Under the pieces are notes generated by a model. It ran no database searches and had not been told where the DNA came from. It saw only the letters and a list, made by a program, of their open reading frames with translations. Position numbers and translations under genes: made by a program. A stretch of DNA of 64,000 bases, taken from Mytilus californianus. Lineage: Eukaryota. Shown here piece after piece: positions 1 through 12,999 of the stretch (positions are counted from its first letter, which is position 1; each line of letters begins with the position of its first letter). The DNA lies in NCBI RefSeq assembly GCF_021869535.1, contig NW_026262723.1, positions 79,670,001-79,734,000 on the forward strand, given 5' to 3'.

Positions 1-97
1 ATATCAGGTTATCATTGTAATATTTGTATAACCAATAATAAGGATTCCTATTTTGAGACTGCCTATCCCCATAAATATCGACACATGTTTATTAATG

Positions 98-189
98 AAG
101 TCAGATGTTGAGTAAATATCAAGTCAGATGTTGAGACAATATCAAGTCAGATGTTGAGTAAATATCAAGTCAGATGTTGAGACAATATC
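98..189. repeat. 23-bp tandem repeat x4 with alternating A/B variants (46-bp dimer x2)
   Basis: aagtcagatgttgagTAAatatc alternates with aagtcagatgttgagACAatatc at 98, 121, 144 and 167. Confidence 0.9.
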
Positions 190-880
190 AAGTCAAATGA
201 AAATAATATCTACAGGTGAAATACGATCTTCAACAATATACATCTGGGAAGCTCCAAATCACCATGTGCATTTATACCATGTATATATGAAATCAAAAGA
301 AATAACTACAGATTTGACACAAATGAACAAAACACGTCGAATGCACAAATGAGGTGCATATAATAGCGACAGACAATCTATAAGACGCGGAGGAAATAAG
401 GATTTTAACATTAAAAATATAAGTCTCAATCTATGAAAAGAGAATTGATACATTTCCCATCAATACAATGTGTGATGCTCGAAGCCAACGTAACAGATAA
501 CCTCAAACCTAATACAAGCGTTGAATGAAACTATCAAATATTGAATGTACTAACCACGAGCAACACGACGGGTACCACATTTGGAGCAAATTCTGGTTAC
601 CTTTCCGAAGCACATGAGATCACCTATTTTTTTTTGTGGTGTTCCTTGCTAAATCTTAAGTTTTTTATAAAGCGATTTGTAGACTTGTTTTTCTTTTCGT
701 CGGTTTTCGTTAATTGCATAGGTTTTGTCGGTTCTTCTTCGACTTTGTGTTTCTTTTTGTATATTTCGCCATTTTCAAGAGCAGAAATAGTCGAAAAGGA
801 TCAAAAGTAAAGCCAAACAAGGAAAAAGAATAAGAGCTACTCTCATATCAATCACGTTTAAGTATGTCTGAAGTACTTGC

Positions 881-997
881 CTCCAGCCAGAGTCAAGCTG
901 ACTGACAATGAAGTAACCCACGCTGTGATTGAAGCAGGTTTATTGAATTTCTCTTCAAATCGCAGGTATAATATTCCTGCTGCCCTGTTTAAACCAG
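881..997 (-). CDS. SLC16/monocarboxylate transporter (MFS), coding exon 2
   Basis: Acceptor tttcattctag, then (A)GLNRAAGILYLRFEEKFNKPASITAWVTSLSVSLTLAG(G), which matches MCT TM1-TM2. Phase 1 start is compatible with exon 1. Ends at AG|GCAAGT (GC donor). Confidence 0.85.
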
Positions 998-1017
998 CTA
1001 GAATGAAATAGTAGTTG

Positions 1018-1206
1018 ATGAAAAATATGGATACTGTTATATAATTCTTAAATTGGTCATTACTAAGTATAGTACATTTTTTAAAAAAAATATCAGTAAA
1101 TATACTAATAATCATGAAAAATATGGACCTGTTATATATTTCTTGAATTGGCCTTTACTAAGTATAGTACATTTATTTAAAAAAATATATCAATCATACC
1201 TAATCA
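1018..1206. repeat. Imperfect ~97-bp direct tandem duplication in MCT intron 1
   Basis: atgaaaaatatgga...tactaagtatagtacattt occurs at 1018 and again at 1115. Confidence 0.8.
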
Positions 1207-1404
1207 TGATAATGTTTATTTCTCATCAGTGATATGTGTTGTTATTTGGTTCAATTTATTTTAAGCGAAAAAAATGTTGTCAAATATCAAACAATTTGTT
1301 TTTAAAAATAAATTATCTGCCTTATAGAGTTAATTGGTTAAATTCGCAAGCTAAGAAACTCCATTGCATTAGGGTATGATATCTTTAAATTTAAAGTCAC
1401 AAAC

Positions 1405-1594
1405 CAACAATGAAGTGGATCATCATACTGCTTATCACAATGAACCATCCCCAGCCTCCATCTGAAGTCTCGTCTAAAGGATTTATCAAGGTCAGATCGC
1501 TATTTAGTTCTCCTTTTGCTGTTTCCGATGATGACTCTGCTCCTGTATGTGTAATCAAAACATCTGGAATTGTAGAAAGCTCCTTTGCTGCCAT
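1405..1594 (-). CDS. SLC16/monocarboxylate transporter, first coding exon; gene continues off the left edge
   Basis: MAAKELS...DETSDGGWGWFIVISSMMIHFIV carries the (P)DGGWGW signature of the SLC16 family. Phase-1 donor G|GTTTGT at 1404. Confidence 0.9.
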
Positions 1595-4500
1595 TTCTTG
1601 TCAGATGTGGATAGTAAATGTTAATAATTTAGTTGGATGGGAATGTTAGTTATATCCGATAATTAATTAGTAGCCACACCAAGTCCTGTTCTTAATTCAT
1701 TGGTCTTGCTTCTTGTTTTTTTTAATTTTTTATTTTTGAGGTACTGATTAGTTATCGTGGTTTCCTGTAAAATATTTTTAACTAGAAATCTTATTGGACA
1801 ATATTTTCTGAATCACCTCAAAAATATTATTGCTTTAAAAGTACTATATGGTTAATATACAAACAAACAAATATATATGATATCGATAAACAGATATAGA
1901 CAGGTGTGAGTATTTCTTCTCAATTTTGTTTCTGAGAAAGATCTATGTATATTGTTTGTATGCCATTGAATGCCTAAGAAATCCTGTCCGAAAATGACGT
2001 CAGACCAGTGTTTTTCAGTATCGTTATCATCTGCAAATGTCAAAATTATGTATAAATTAATTTAATATTAACCCCTATTAAAATGAAAGGAAAAATTGCA
2101 GCAAATAAATTATTTTATTTTGATATTTGACATATACACGTAACATATACGATTCATAACATGTTTATGATTTAGTGTCTTTAAAAATTATTTGTAAAAC
2201 AAATTGTATCATTGTCGTGACTTATAATCGTAATTTGGAATATTCTTGGGTCTCGCATCCTTTTTGCCTCCAGATGTTTATTTTTAGTCCTTTACATTAA
2301 CATCCAATGAAATTCGTGAGCATCGTATCCTTTCTGTTGTTATTTAAAATTGATGATACAAGTTCTTATGTTGGTTAAAAGACACATGTCTATACACACT
2401 CAATTGACGATAAAATAACTCTTTACTTATGTCCACAGGGTAGATACAGAAAATTGAAATTCATAGGAAAATAATAAAAAAAACAACATAGAAAGCAGAT
2501 GTACAGCTAACAAAATTAATCCATACAGTCATAACTCGTATAGCTTTGTGCAACTCAAATCAAACTCCCTGAAACCTGATATAATATCAAGTGTTTCAGA
2601 GTGGTAAACGTATAATAAGTACAATTTTGCGAATCTCCGATGTTTTCAAAATTCTTAAATAATGCGTGCCGCTTCATATTTTCCTCAATGGCTCGTCCTC
2701 CCAAAAACTTAATCACACAAACTATTTCTGACCTGCGAAGATCACATGACAACCATTACATTATAATTTTGTTATGTACGCTGCATTTAGTCAGTATTTT
2801 ACAGAAATCTCCCAGACATGTTTAATTTCAAACTAGTTTACCATTTGTCATCAACTTATGTAGAAAATGGTGGATCAAACTTGGTTTTATAGCTAGCTAA
2901 ACCTCTCACTTGTATGACAGTCGCATCGTATGATATCATACACCATCAAGAAATCAAGTTCCAAGAACGGCCATAGAATGAGGAAAAATTATAAAATGCA
3001 ATTGAAATTGAATTCCTTCATTTGTTTGTTTCGAGGGGTTAGTATAGCTAGCTTGGTTGGTACACTTGCCCTTGCTTAACACCGTTTTGTGGCCTATTAG
3101 TGTTATGTATTTGTCGCTCCTTATATTGATTATATTATATTTTAAATACACTCTTCAAAATAACAAAAATATCTGTTGAGAGTATTTACGTTAAATAACG
3201 ATTCAAAAAATCGATGAAAAGCGTTCTAATATTACACAATAAGGTTTGTTTGTATGTGAAAACTGCGTCTCTCTTGTTTAAGATCAATTCTTGGGGTAAC
3301 CGAGGTTAAACAAACTTAATTCAACTGTTCATATCTATACCTGCGTATTATAAGACGAACTATGTTATATAGTTTATTTAAACGCATGCCTCAAAGATAA
3401 ACCAAATTTACAACGTAAAAAAATCAGCGATTAAGAAATGAGTACATACATTATAAGCTTATTGCTGTTATAATTAACAATTATGATTCCGCGAAAAAAG
3501 TCATTAAAAATAATATCACGGAGAAAAATACTTATCCTACTTTTTTAATTATAAATGTTTTATAAAAAATCCTGGTAAACTTCTAGGAAAAAAGGAACAT
3601 TTATCTTAATTGTCAATTACAAAGGCACGTATCTTAATTACCAGGAAGTGTGTCAACAAATTAATCATGATACATGTAATAGTTTGCAACTTTCAGTGAT
3701 GTGCAGATCGTCACATTCTTTGATCTATGACACAAATTCTTGTATGTTGGTATTTCAGATATTGACAAAGTATTCCACCAGTGTATATGATATATAATGT
3801 GAAACCGTGTATCAAAATGAATGAATAGTTTTCTAAAATCTTTATAAAATAAGAAGATGTGGTAGATTGTCAATGACAAAAAAGCCAACAGTGTCCATAT
3901 GAAGCGGATTTAAGCAACTAGAGGTTACCACAAGGCTTCACAATGAGCAAAACCCATACCCATAGTCAGATATAAAAGGCCTGACATGACAAAATGCGAA
4001 ACGATTAAAAATTAAAAAAAAATACCGACTTGATTTATGACAAAACAATAAACGAAAAACAAATATAACAGACAACAACCAACGACAACCATTTCCTATC
4101 CTTTGACAGTGGTGTTAAAGCACAACATAAGAACAAACTTTAATCAAAATGTCGTTTATTTCTTTAAATAAGTGTCATTTAAAAAAAGTTTAAATGATGT
4201 TCATTGTTTTGTAACGTCTTGAAACGGAAATATTTCACAGCCTTTTCGAGTATTTTTGATTTCGTTGATCAATCATCATAATGCAGATGTTTCAAGAGTA
4301 ATTAGAATAGTTAAACTGTCTGATTTATTCTTCCCGGCTACTTTATGTTTGCTAGATAAAATGAATTGTAATAGCATAACATTAAGTACATTTGTACTTG
4401 GATGAGAAATTAGAAATTACATCTGACAATGTTGACCAAAAATCCATTGTGAACGCGAAAAGACAAGTTAAGCTATGAATTCCTGTATCTTCTTCACGGT

Positions 4501-4655
4501 AAGTTTCTTACTCTAAGTTTAATCGAAGAATTAAACCCTTTTGATAAAAATGTTATGAACTGGCTGTTTCTGTATTGGCCCTGTTATAGATTAATGGTTA
4601 GCTGTATATTAACCCGAGACTCGAAGACTGTCCTTTAATGAAGTTGGTTAATAAA

Positions 4656-4839
4656 AGTATCAATATATGGACTTTTTCTTATTGGCCCTGTAACATGCCC
4701 TTGGTATGAATAATGGCCTCGGACAGTTGAAATGGCCCTCGGCGTTGCCTCGGGGCTATTACAACCATCCTTGGCCATTATTTATACCTCGGGCATGTTA
4801 CAGGGCCAATATGAAAAAGTCCATGGATACATTAATACT
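4656..4839. mobile_element. Foldback MITE-like palindrome (copy 1)
   Basis: Left arm tatggactttttcttattggccctgtaacatgcc... is the reverse complement of ...ggcatgttacagggccaatatgaaaaagtcca. The loop is cctcgg-cgttg-cctcgg. Confidence 0.8.
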
Positions 4840-6834
4840 ATAGTAAAATATAAAAAAAATACCGACCTGAATTATGACAAAACAATAAACGAAAAACAAA
4901 TATAACAGACAGCAACCAACGATAACCATTTCCTAATCTTTGACAGTGGTGTTATAGCACAACATAAGAACAAACTTTAATCAAAGTACTGAAGTACTGT
5001 TAACTCGGATGATCCCAAGATCTGAGGGCTGGCGAATAAATCATATAGATTTCCATGTCCATGTAGACAGCTACATGTAGAAGTAACTTGCAGTTGCTTT
5101 CTTGCCTCGATTGTCAAAGGTTTTGGCCACACTTAAGACGATAACATGTTTAACAGTTAATCAATAAGGAGGATATGTCCTGTGGGCACATATGTTCGAA
5201 AGGGCCAACTGAAAAAGGGGAAATGAGTTTTGCACTGTGTGAATGCTGAATAATGCATTCAATGAAAGTACGCATTCCGATCAGACGTAATTGTGAAAAA
5301 AACAATCAAACAGACACCCTCCCATAATACTAGCTTGGTTGGTACACTTGCCCTTGCTTAACACCGTTTTGTGGCCTATTAGTGTTATGTATTTGTCGCT
5401 CCTTATATTGATTATATTATATTTTAAATACACTCTTCAAAATAACAAAAAATATTTGTTGAGAGTATTAACGTTATATTATTATTCAAAATCGATGAAA
5501 AGCGTCCTAATATTACACGATTAAGGTTTGTATATATGTAAAAACTGCGTCTCTCTAGTTTAAGATCCATTCCTGGGGTAACTGAGGTTAAACAAACTTA
5601 ATTCAACTGCTCATATCTTTACCTGCGTATTATAAGACGAACAATTTTATACAGTTTATTTAAACGCATGCTTTAAAGATAAACACATTTACAACGTAAA
5701 AAAGTCAGCGATTACGAAATGAGTAAATTAATTACAAGCTTATTGCTGTTATAATTAATAATTATGATTCCGAGAAAAAAGTCATTAAAAAGAATATCAC
5801 GGAAAAAAAATACTTATCCATATTTTATATTATAAATGTTTATACAAGATCCTGGTAAAACTTCTTATAAAAGCGGAACATTTATCTTAATTGTCAATTA
5901 CAAAGGCATGTATCTTAATTACCAGGAAGTGTGTCAACAAATTAATCATGATACATGTAATAGTTTGCAAATTTGATGTGCAGATCGTCACATTTTTTGA
6001 TCTATGACAAAAATTCTTTTATGTAGGATTTTCAGATATTGACAAAACATTCCACCAACGTACTTATAATAAATAAGGTGATACCGTGCATCAAAATTAA
6101 TGAATAGTGTTCTACAATTTATTAACCAACTTACTACAAAATGTATAGAAATGCCCATGCTTTATAAATGGAGAATTTCGACAACTGGTCATTATGAACG
6201 GAGAAATTGCTACAGCCAGTCATTACGAAATCTCAGTCATGCATTAGAAAATCACACCCGTGCATTACGAAATCACAGCCATGCATTATGATCAGACGAA
6301 ACGGGACATCAATTAAATCAAAATGTCGTTTATTTCTTTAAATAAGTGTCATTTAAAAAAAAGTTTAAATGATGTTCAGTGTTTTGTAACGTCTTGAAAC
6401 GGAAATATTTCACAGCCTTTTCGAGTATTTTCGATTCCGTTGATCAATCATCATAATGCAGATGTTTCAAGAGTAATTAGAATAGTTAAACTGTCTGATT
6501 TATTCTTCCCGGCTACTTTATGTTTGCTAGATAAAATGAATTGTAATAGCATAACATTAAGTACATTTGTACTTGGATGAGAAATTAGAAATTACATCTG
6601 ACAATGTTGACCAAAAATCCATTGTAAACGCGAAAAGACAAGTTAAGCTATGAATTCCTGTATCTTCTTCACGGTAAGTTTCTTACTCTAAGTTTAATCG
6701 AAGAATTAAACCCATTTAATAAAAGTGTTATGAACGAACTGGCTGTTTCTGTATTGGCCCTGTTATAAATTCTTGGTTAGCTGTATATTAACCCGAGACT
6801 CGAAGACTATTCTTCAATGAAGTTGGTTAATAAA

Positions 6835-7015
6835 AGTATCAATATATGGACTTTTTTCTTATTGGCTCTGTAATATGCCCTTGGTATGGATAATGGCCTC
6901 GGACATTTGAAATGGCCCTCGGCGTTGCCTCGGGGCCATTACAACCATCCTTGGCCATTATTTATACCTCGGGCATGTTACAGGGCCAATATGAAAAAGT
7001 CCATACATTAATACT
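6835..7015. mobile_element. Foldback MITE-like palindrome (copy 2, created by the tandem duplication)
   Basis: Near-identical to 4656-4839 at the equivalent position in the second unit. Confidence 0.8.
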
Positions 7016-7054
7016 ATAGTAAAATATAAAAAAAAATACCGACCTGATTTATGA

Positions 7055-7447
7055 ATTTTAAGCCTAGTACCTTTTGTTAGCTATTATTCGTGTGTTTCTT
7101 TGTCCTATATGTTCTCCCATTTATTTGTATTGTGGTCCTGTCATGTGATGTTGTCGTTTTGGTGTTGTGTTTGACGTTGCCATTAAAGCGGGAGGTTTGG
7201 CATGCCACAAAACCAGGTTCAACCCACCATTTTTTTCTTAAAATGTCCTGTACCAAGTCAGGAAAATGGCCATTGTTATATTATAGTTCTTTTCTGTGTG
7301 TGTTACATTTTAATGTTGTGTTTTTGTTGTGTCGTTGTTCTCCTCTTATATTTGATGCGTTTCCCTCAGTTTTAGTTTGTAACCCGAATTTGTTTTTATC
7401 TCTATCGATTTATGAGTTTCGAACAGCGGTATACTACTGTTGCCTTT
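7055..7447. mobile_element. 393-bp insertion with 8-bp target-site duplication
   Basis: atttatga at 7047-7054 and 7448-7455 flanks sequence absent from the homologous site in copy 1 (~4870) and from a related site at ~4035. Confidence 0.85.
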
Positions 7448-9879
7448 ATTTATGACAAAACAATAAACGAAAAACAAATATAACAGACAGCAACCAACGA
7501 TAACCATTTCCTAATCTTTGACAGTGGTGTTATAGCACAACATAAGAACAAACTTTAATCAAAGTACTGAAGTATTGTTAACTCAGATGTCCCCAAGATC
7601 TGATGGCTGGCGAATAAATCATATAGATTTTCATGTCCATGTAGACAGCTACATGTAGAAGTAACTTGCAGTTGCTTTCTTGCCTCGACTGTCAAAGGTT
7701 TTGGCCACATTTAAGACGATAACATTTTTAACAGTTAATTAATAAGGAGGATATGTCCTGTGGGCACATATCTTCGAAAGGGACAACTGAAAAAGGGGAA
7801 ATGGGTTTTGCACTGTGTGATAGCTGAATAATGCATTCAATGAAAGTACACATTCCAATCAGACGTTATTATGAAAAAAGCAATCAAACCGACACCCTCC
7901 CATAATTATATTACAAGACTGAAGAAGTTTAGGAAACTATAATTCTGTAATCATGTGACCCTTGCTTGTGTTGCGGTGGTTGTCCCTTTTCCTTAAAAAT
8001 ATTTACAGCGTAGACCTTTCTTATTTTGAACACTGTGTTTTATGTTCTTTGATTAGTTTAACGGTTCAAATTTTAAAAGCAAGACCTCATCCATTTTCTT
8101 AATCATTCCATGATCTTACCAATGCATAAAATATTAAATTCATGTATTTTTACAATGTTTATAATAGCAATTGTTTTAGTTGACTAAATGCATTATTCTA
8201 ACGGAAGAGGTAATTCACAGAAGCCTATTTTGGTTTGCTAACCTTAATCAGTAGTGGACCAAGGAACTTTTAAAACTGAGGGGGGAGTGGTAACATGTGA
8301 ATAAGGGGAACATGAAGGAGTCAAACCTTATATTATACTTATTTTTACTTGATTTCACAGCAATTTAAATACATTGGGACTTGTGAACCATTAACCTTTT
8401 TACGGGTTCATTTTCCTTACAACTTAAAAATCATGTTTTAACACTTATTTAATTTTTTCGTTTATATTGCCAGTATAAATGGCCATTGATTTGTTTTGAT
8501 ATACCTGAAGTGTTGGAAATTTTTCTCTTTTCTCTCTTTTTCAATGGGTTAATATACAATAAAATGATTTGAAAGACATGAATAAGGAGATATTCAGTAA
8601 AAATCAGCAGGTCAGCAACCTAATACAATAGATTAACACGCATAGACATCAATTGACATTTGGGATATTGAAAATGCAGAGTCTATCGAAAACACTGTTT
8701 GGTTTGTTGGGCTTCATAACTTATAAAAAGTTCCTGCTTAAAGTCAAGGGTGTAGGAGCTGAGAGGGTGGCAAGGCATCCCATTTGTTTTTGGTAAAAAC
8801 AAATTATTGAATATGAAAAATGAAAACTATCAAACCATTACAATAAAGAAAAGGTACTTTTTCTTTCTTTTTTTTTGTTTTGCTTTCACTTTCAGAAGTT
8901 TGCCACAACGCCATCGCAAAAAACGAAAAACGCCGAAAAAAACAAACAAGTCCACACAACACTACCAAAAAAAACCACTTAAGACTGAGCAACAGGAACC
9001 CAAACAAAAACTGGGGGCAATCTCATGTGCCCCGGAAGGGTGAGCAAATACTGCTATACTATATGCTTAAAAATCCTAATATCGTTGAGAACTAAACTTC
9101 ACAATTTAATCCTCGAGACGATTTAGATCTTGACATAGCATACACACCTCGCTATTTTGGAAGAACGTATGTCTATCGCGTGCATGAGTGATTTGTTTGT
9201 ACGTACGAAATTATATTAAAGATTAATTTGACTGTAATGCCAATATCCACTGAATTTACTTCTTGTATAAGAACCTTTGTACACAATAAATACATTCAAT
9301 TTCATGTACAATTCCCATGTTAGCCGTAAGTTTAACGTCATCAGTTATGTGAATACTACAACCCCTGATAATTAGTGATCGATAGATAATGTAACATAAC
9401 TGTGATGCTTCTCTACCCTTTAATATTTGACTGGTATACGTCATCAAATCAGGAATTCACCCGCGTAAACAAATTTACAGAATTATTTTTCTCACAACAA
9501 TACATGTTGATATTACAAATAGATATTCTTAACAAAATAATTTTCATGAAATTTCATTGATAAGATTTATATATATGAAGAGATAAAGATCGCGATTTTG
9601 CACTCGATAGTGTCAGCGTAGGCATCATTGCTGTAATTGCGTTTTAAAAGCACACTCATATAAAATCGATAATCCATTAGGAACAGCCCCAACCTTTTCC
9701 TTCGCTTAACTATATAGTAGAAGTAAGAGAGTTTTCGAATAGCTAAAATTGGGTGATAAGATAACTACGGATCTCATCCGAGTAAAAATCAGTTGAAAAT
9801 GGTTGGACCAATCAAATCGGCACGAAGCACCAAATAAAAATAAAAACTAAATAAATAAAATAAAATAAAAAAGATACAC

Positions 9880-10170
9880 AATTTACAGTTACTGAAAACT
9901 AGTTCAAAGCCAATAACAAACAATAAATATTCATGTTCTTTCAGACTAAAGTATCAATCAGTGCACATCCAACGGATTTGTTGTAAAGACGTCATAAACA
10001 CTATGAGAAAACATAATGACCTTGTGCAATTCTAAGATATAAGTACAGAATGTCGACAGGATGTAGTACCACAAGTTTTTATAAACGCAAAGCAATTACA
10101 TATTCATTTCATGTTTTAATTCATCAAAACCAAAATCAACATTAGTACCGATGAAAATATTAAATTGATA
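9880..10170 (+). repeat. Interspersed repeat family (gaaaactagttcaaagccaataac...)
   Basis: Related copies at ~12130-12290 (minus), ~48620-48700 and ~57420-57580. Confidence 0.65.
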
Positions 10171-11499
10171 TTCTATAAGAATATGTTTATTCAAAGGAAC
10201 GATGATTTTGCACGGATTGTGTCTAAGTTTACGGGCTTTATAAACAACATTACCGTCAAATTAGGATGTGATATCCTATTTTTGATGAGAATTCTACAGG
10301 TACAATCAAACTTCAAAATCATATTTTTTATATCTATGAAAGGTGTTTATTCTTAAAATGTGCGTCTCTCTGATCTATTCCCTTTGTGTATCTGAGGTTA
10401 AACAAAATACTTTGAAACACTGAGTTTTGATTTTTTTTGGAAGCATTTTTCATTCTAGTATTCAATTGAAGTAGCTTACTGTTATGTGAGTCGTGTATCC
10501 AATTTACTTGTTTGGGGTTGTGGTCCATTAAATTTTGGATAGAAAATAATGGTTGAAATTTGGCGCATTTGCTATCTATTTTCTGAACAGAATATTTTTT
10601 ATTTTATATTTCTGCATTTTTACCAAAATTGTTTCTAGTTCTTGGACCCGTCAATAGTTTGCATCATTATTTTTCTAACGTTTTTAAGGATAATTTTTCC
10701 GGAAGATTTCTTTCTGTAGAAATGGAAATATACTTTTGAAAATTGGTTTAGGCATTTCATTTAGTCGGGCAGAATAACTTAAATCTTGTCAGTATCAAAT
10801 TACATAGCAATATGAATAAAAGGAGAAGTGATTAAAAAGCAACCCAGCGACAAAAATGACCAAAATATACCTAGAGGTCAGTATAAGGTGTTCAACGATA
10901 GATAGATGTCTATGTAATATAAAACTCTAAAATCGTCGAGTCTAAAAAGTTGTGAATAGTTATATTAAGATCAGCCATCAACACCAAATTTTCGAAATAA
11001 CAAAAATCATTAGGATCTGTTTTTAGTTATCAGAGGTATAAGGCGATCAAAAGAAATAACGAGAATCATAGTATGCCTTTATATACATGTCACATATATA
11101 ACATTATAATTTTCATAGGACTAGTTTTCAGCGATAACGTAATAAATAAAATAAAAATATCAACTATTGAATCAGGTAAAATAAGAAAATGTTAACAACA
11201 TTTAATATGGATAAAACGTATTATTAAATAAATATGTAGTTTCATTTCACCAACAAAAATAAAACCAAACAATCATATAACAGGAAACTAAAATTTCACT
11301 TCTTACCTTTCTGTAAACACGTGAATTTTTGATTCGTAATAAATAAAGACGTAGAAAACTATTCGTCGAAATATATTAGGAGGCGGTGTTTACTAAAAAC
11401 GATAAGCGCATTTATATACATTTAATAGTATTTATTTTACTGTCTTATAAGACAACAGATCCTGTATAATCCTTTTTTCATTAAACCAGGATAACTGGA

Positions 11500-11529
11500 A
11501 TGATGCACTCGAACTGGAGAGGTTGTAAG
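11500..11529 (+). CDS. TTC38: TTC38 coding exon 1 (MMHSNWRGCK)
   Basis: Resembles the TTC38 N-terminal xRDCQAW segment. Donor AAG|gtaaca is phase 0 and joins 16162 in frame. Possible acceptor at 11488-11489. Confidence 0.75.
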
Positions 11530-12999
11530 GTAACAAATATTGTATTAGAAAATAAAAACAACGCTTCATAAAGTTTTCCACGATTTTAAAGGTACATTCT
11601 TATGAATAGTAAACTTAAAAGTTTGGTAAGTTGCATCACCAGGAATGATGTTTCAGAGTCTTTTTCGTAACTTAAAAAATAAATTAAAAATAATAGAACG
11701 CTGAGACTCTGGTAATTTTATGTAAAATACATGGACAGTCAAAATTTTGAAAAAGAACAAAGTGCCTGTCCCAAGTCAAGAGCCTGTAATTCAGTGGGTG
11801 TCGTTTGTTGCTGTATATCATATTTGTTTCTCGCTTATTGTTTTGTAAATAAAACAGTCCGTTAGTTTTCTCGTTTGAATTGTTTTACATTGGCCATTTT
11901 AGGGCCTTAGCTTGCTATGCGGTATAGATTTTGCTCATTGTTATAGGCCATATGATGACCTATAGTTGCTAATTTCTGCGTCATTTGGTCTCTTATTTTT
12001 ATAATCATATAAAATTTGAATTACTCCATGGAAATTTTTCAAACAGCAATTTGAAAGTATAAGTAACATTTCTATTATAAGGACATTTATAAAGTAGTCT
12101 TTTACGTTTATTAGTTAGACTCTTTAATATCTAGTCGCGTAAGGTCTTTCTGAGAATTTAAACAAAATTTAATTTGGATTTGGATGTGTACTGATTGATA
12201 CTTTAGTCTGGGATATCGTTATTTATTTATTTGTTGTAACTGGCATTTAACTAGCTTTCAGCTACTGCGAGTACTCTTAAATTGGTACTTTGTGTTTATT
12301 CAATCTGCCATTTTCTACATGAGGAAATGCCTGTACCAAGTCAGGAATATTACAGTTGTTTTCCATTCGTTTGATGTCATTGAGCTTTTGATTTTGCCAT
12401 TTGATAAGGGACTTCCCGATTTGAATTTTCCTTGGAGTTCGGTATTTTTGGTATTTTTTTTTTTTTTTTTTTTTATGTTAGTCTTCAACCTGATTTTTAC
12501 AGATACATGTAATTCCTATGTTATGCTTTTATTACTCTGCCCTAGTAAGGGAGTTTTAATCTCGCCAGATTTTTCATTTGTCTGTCCCAAGTCAGGAGCC
12601 TGCAATTCAATGGTTGTCGTTTGTTCATGTCTGTCATTACTGTTTTTCGTTTTTTCGTAAATTGTATAGTAATAAGTTAGGTCTTTAATTTTCTCGTTTT
12701 AACTGTTTCACCTTTTTCATGTCGGGGCCATTTATAGCTGACAATACGGTATGTGGTTTTCTTATTGTTGAAGGTCTCACAGTGACATATAATTGCTTAT
12801 ATACACGTCATTTAAGGTTGCAATACCCCCTAAACAGTTGACATAACACGGTTTTATATTAAGACCTATTCATATGTTCATGCTTAAGCATTCAAAACTT
12901 TTTAATAAGTATTTCTAAAGTGCTCAGCACTTTAATGCAACAGTAATTTAACGATTTTCAAATCTCATAAATCGAATAATAAGATAAAAAATCAAAGTA

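Larger units (their letters stand above)
3048..7906. repeat. Head-to-tail tandem duplication of a ~2.3-kb unit (3048-5329 and 5330-7906)
   Basis: ctagcttggttggtacacttgccc starts both copies (3048, 5330) and both end gacaccctcccataat. Long colinear matches; the copies differ at ~3845-4140 vs ~6120-6315 and by an insert at 7055-7447. Confidence 0.93.

Noticed and set aside
1410-1649. Plus-strand 79-aa ORF with signal-peptide-like start
   Set aside because: Antisense to the clear SLC16 exon.
7090-7455. 121-aa hydrophobic ORF
   Set aside because: Lies within the TSD-flanked insertion; T-rich repeats give spurious F/L/V-rich ORFs, as also at 12292, 24025 and 32815-33386.
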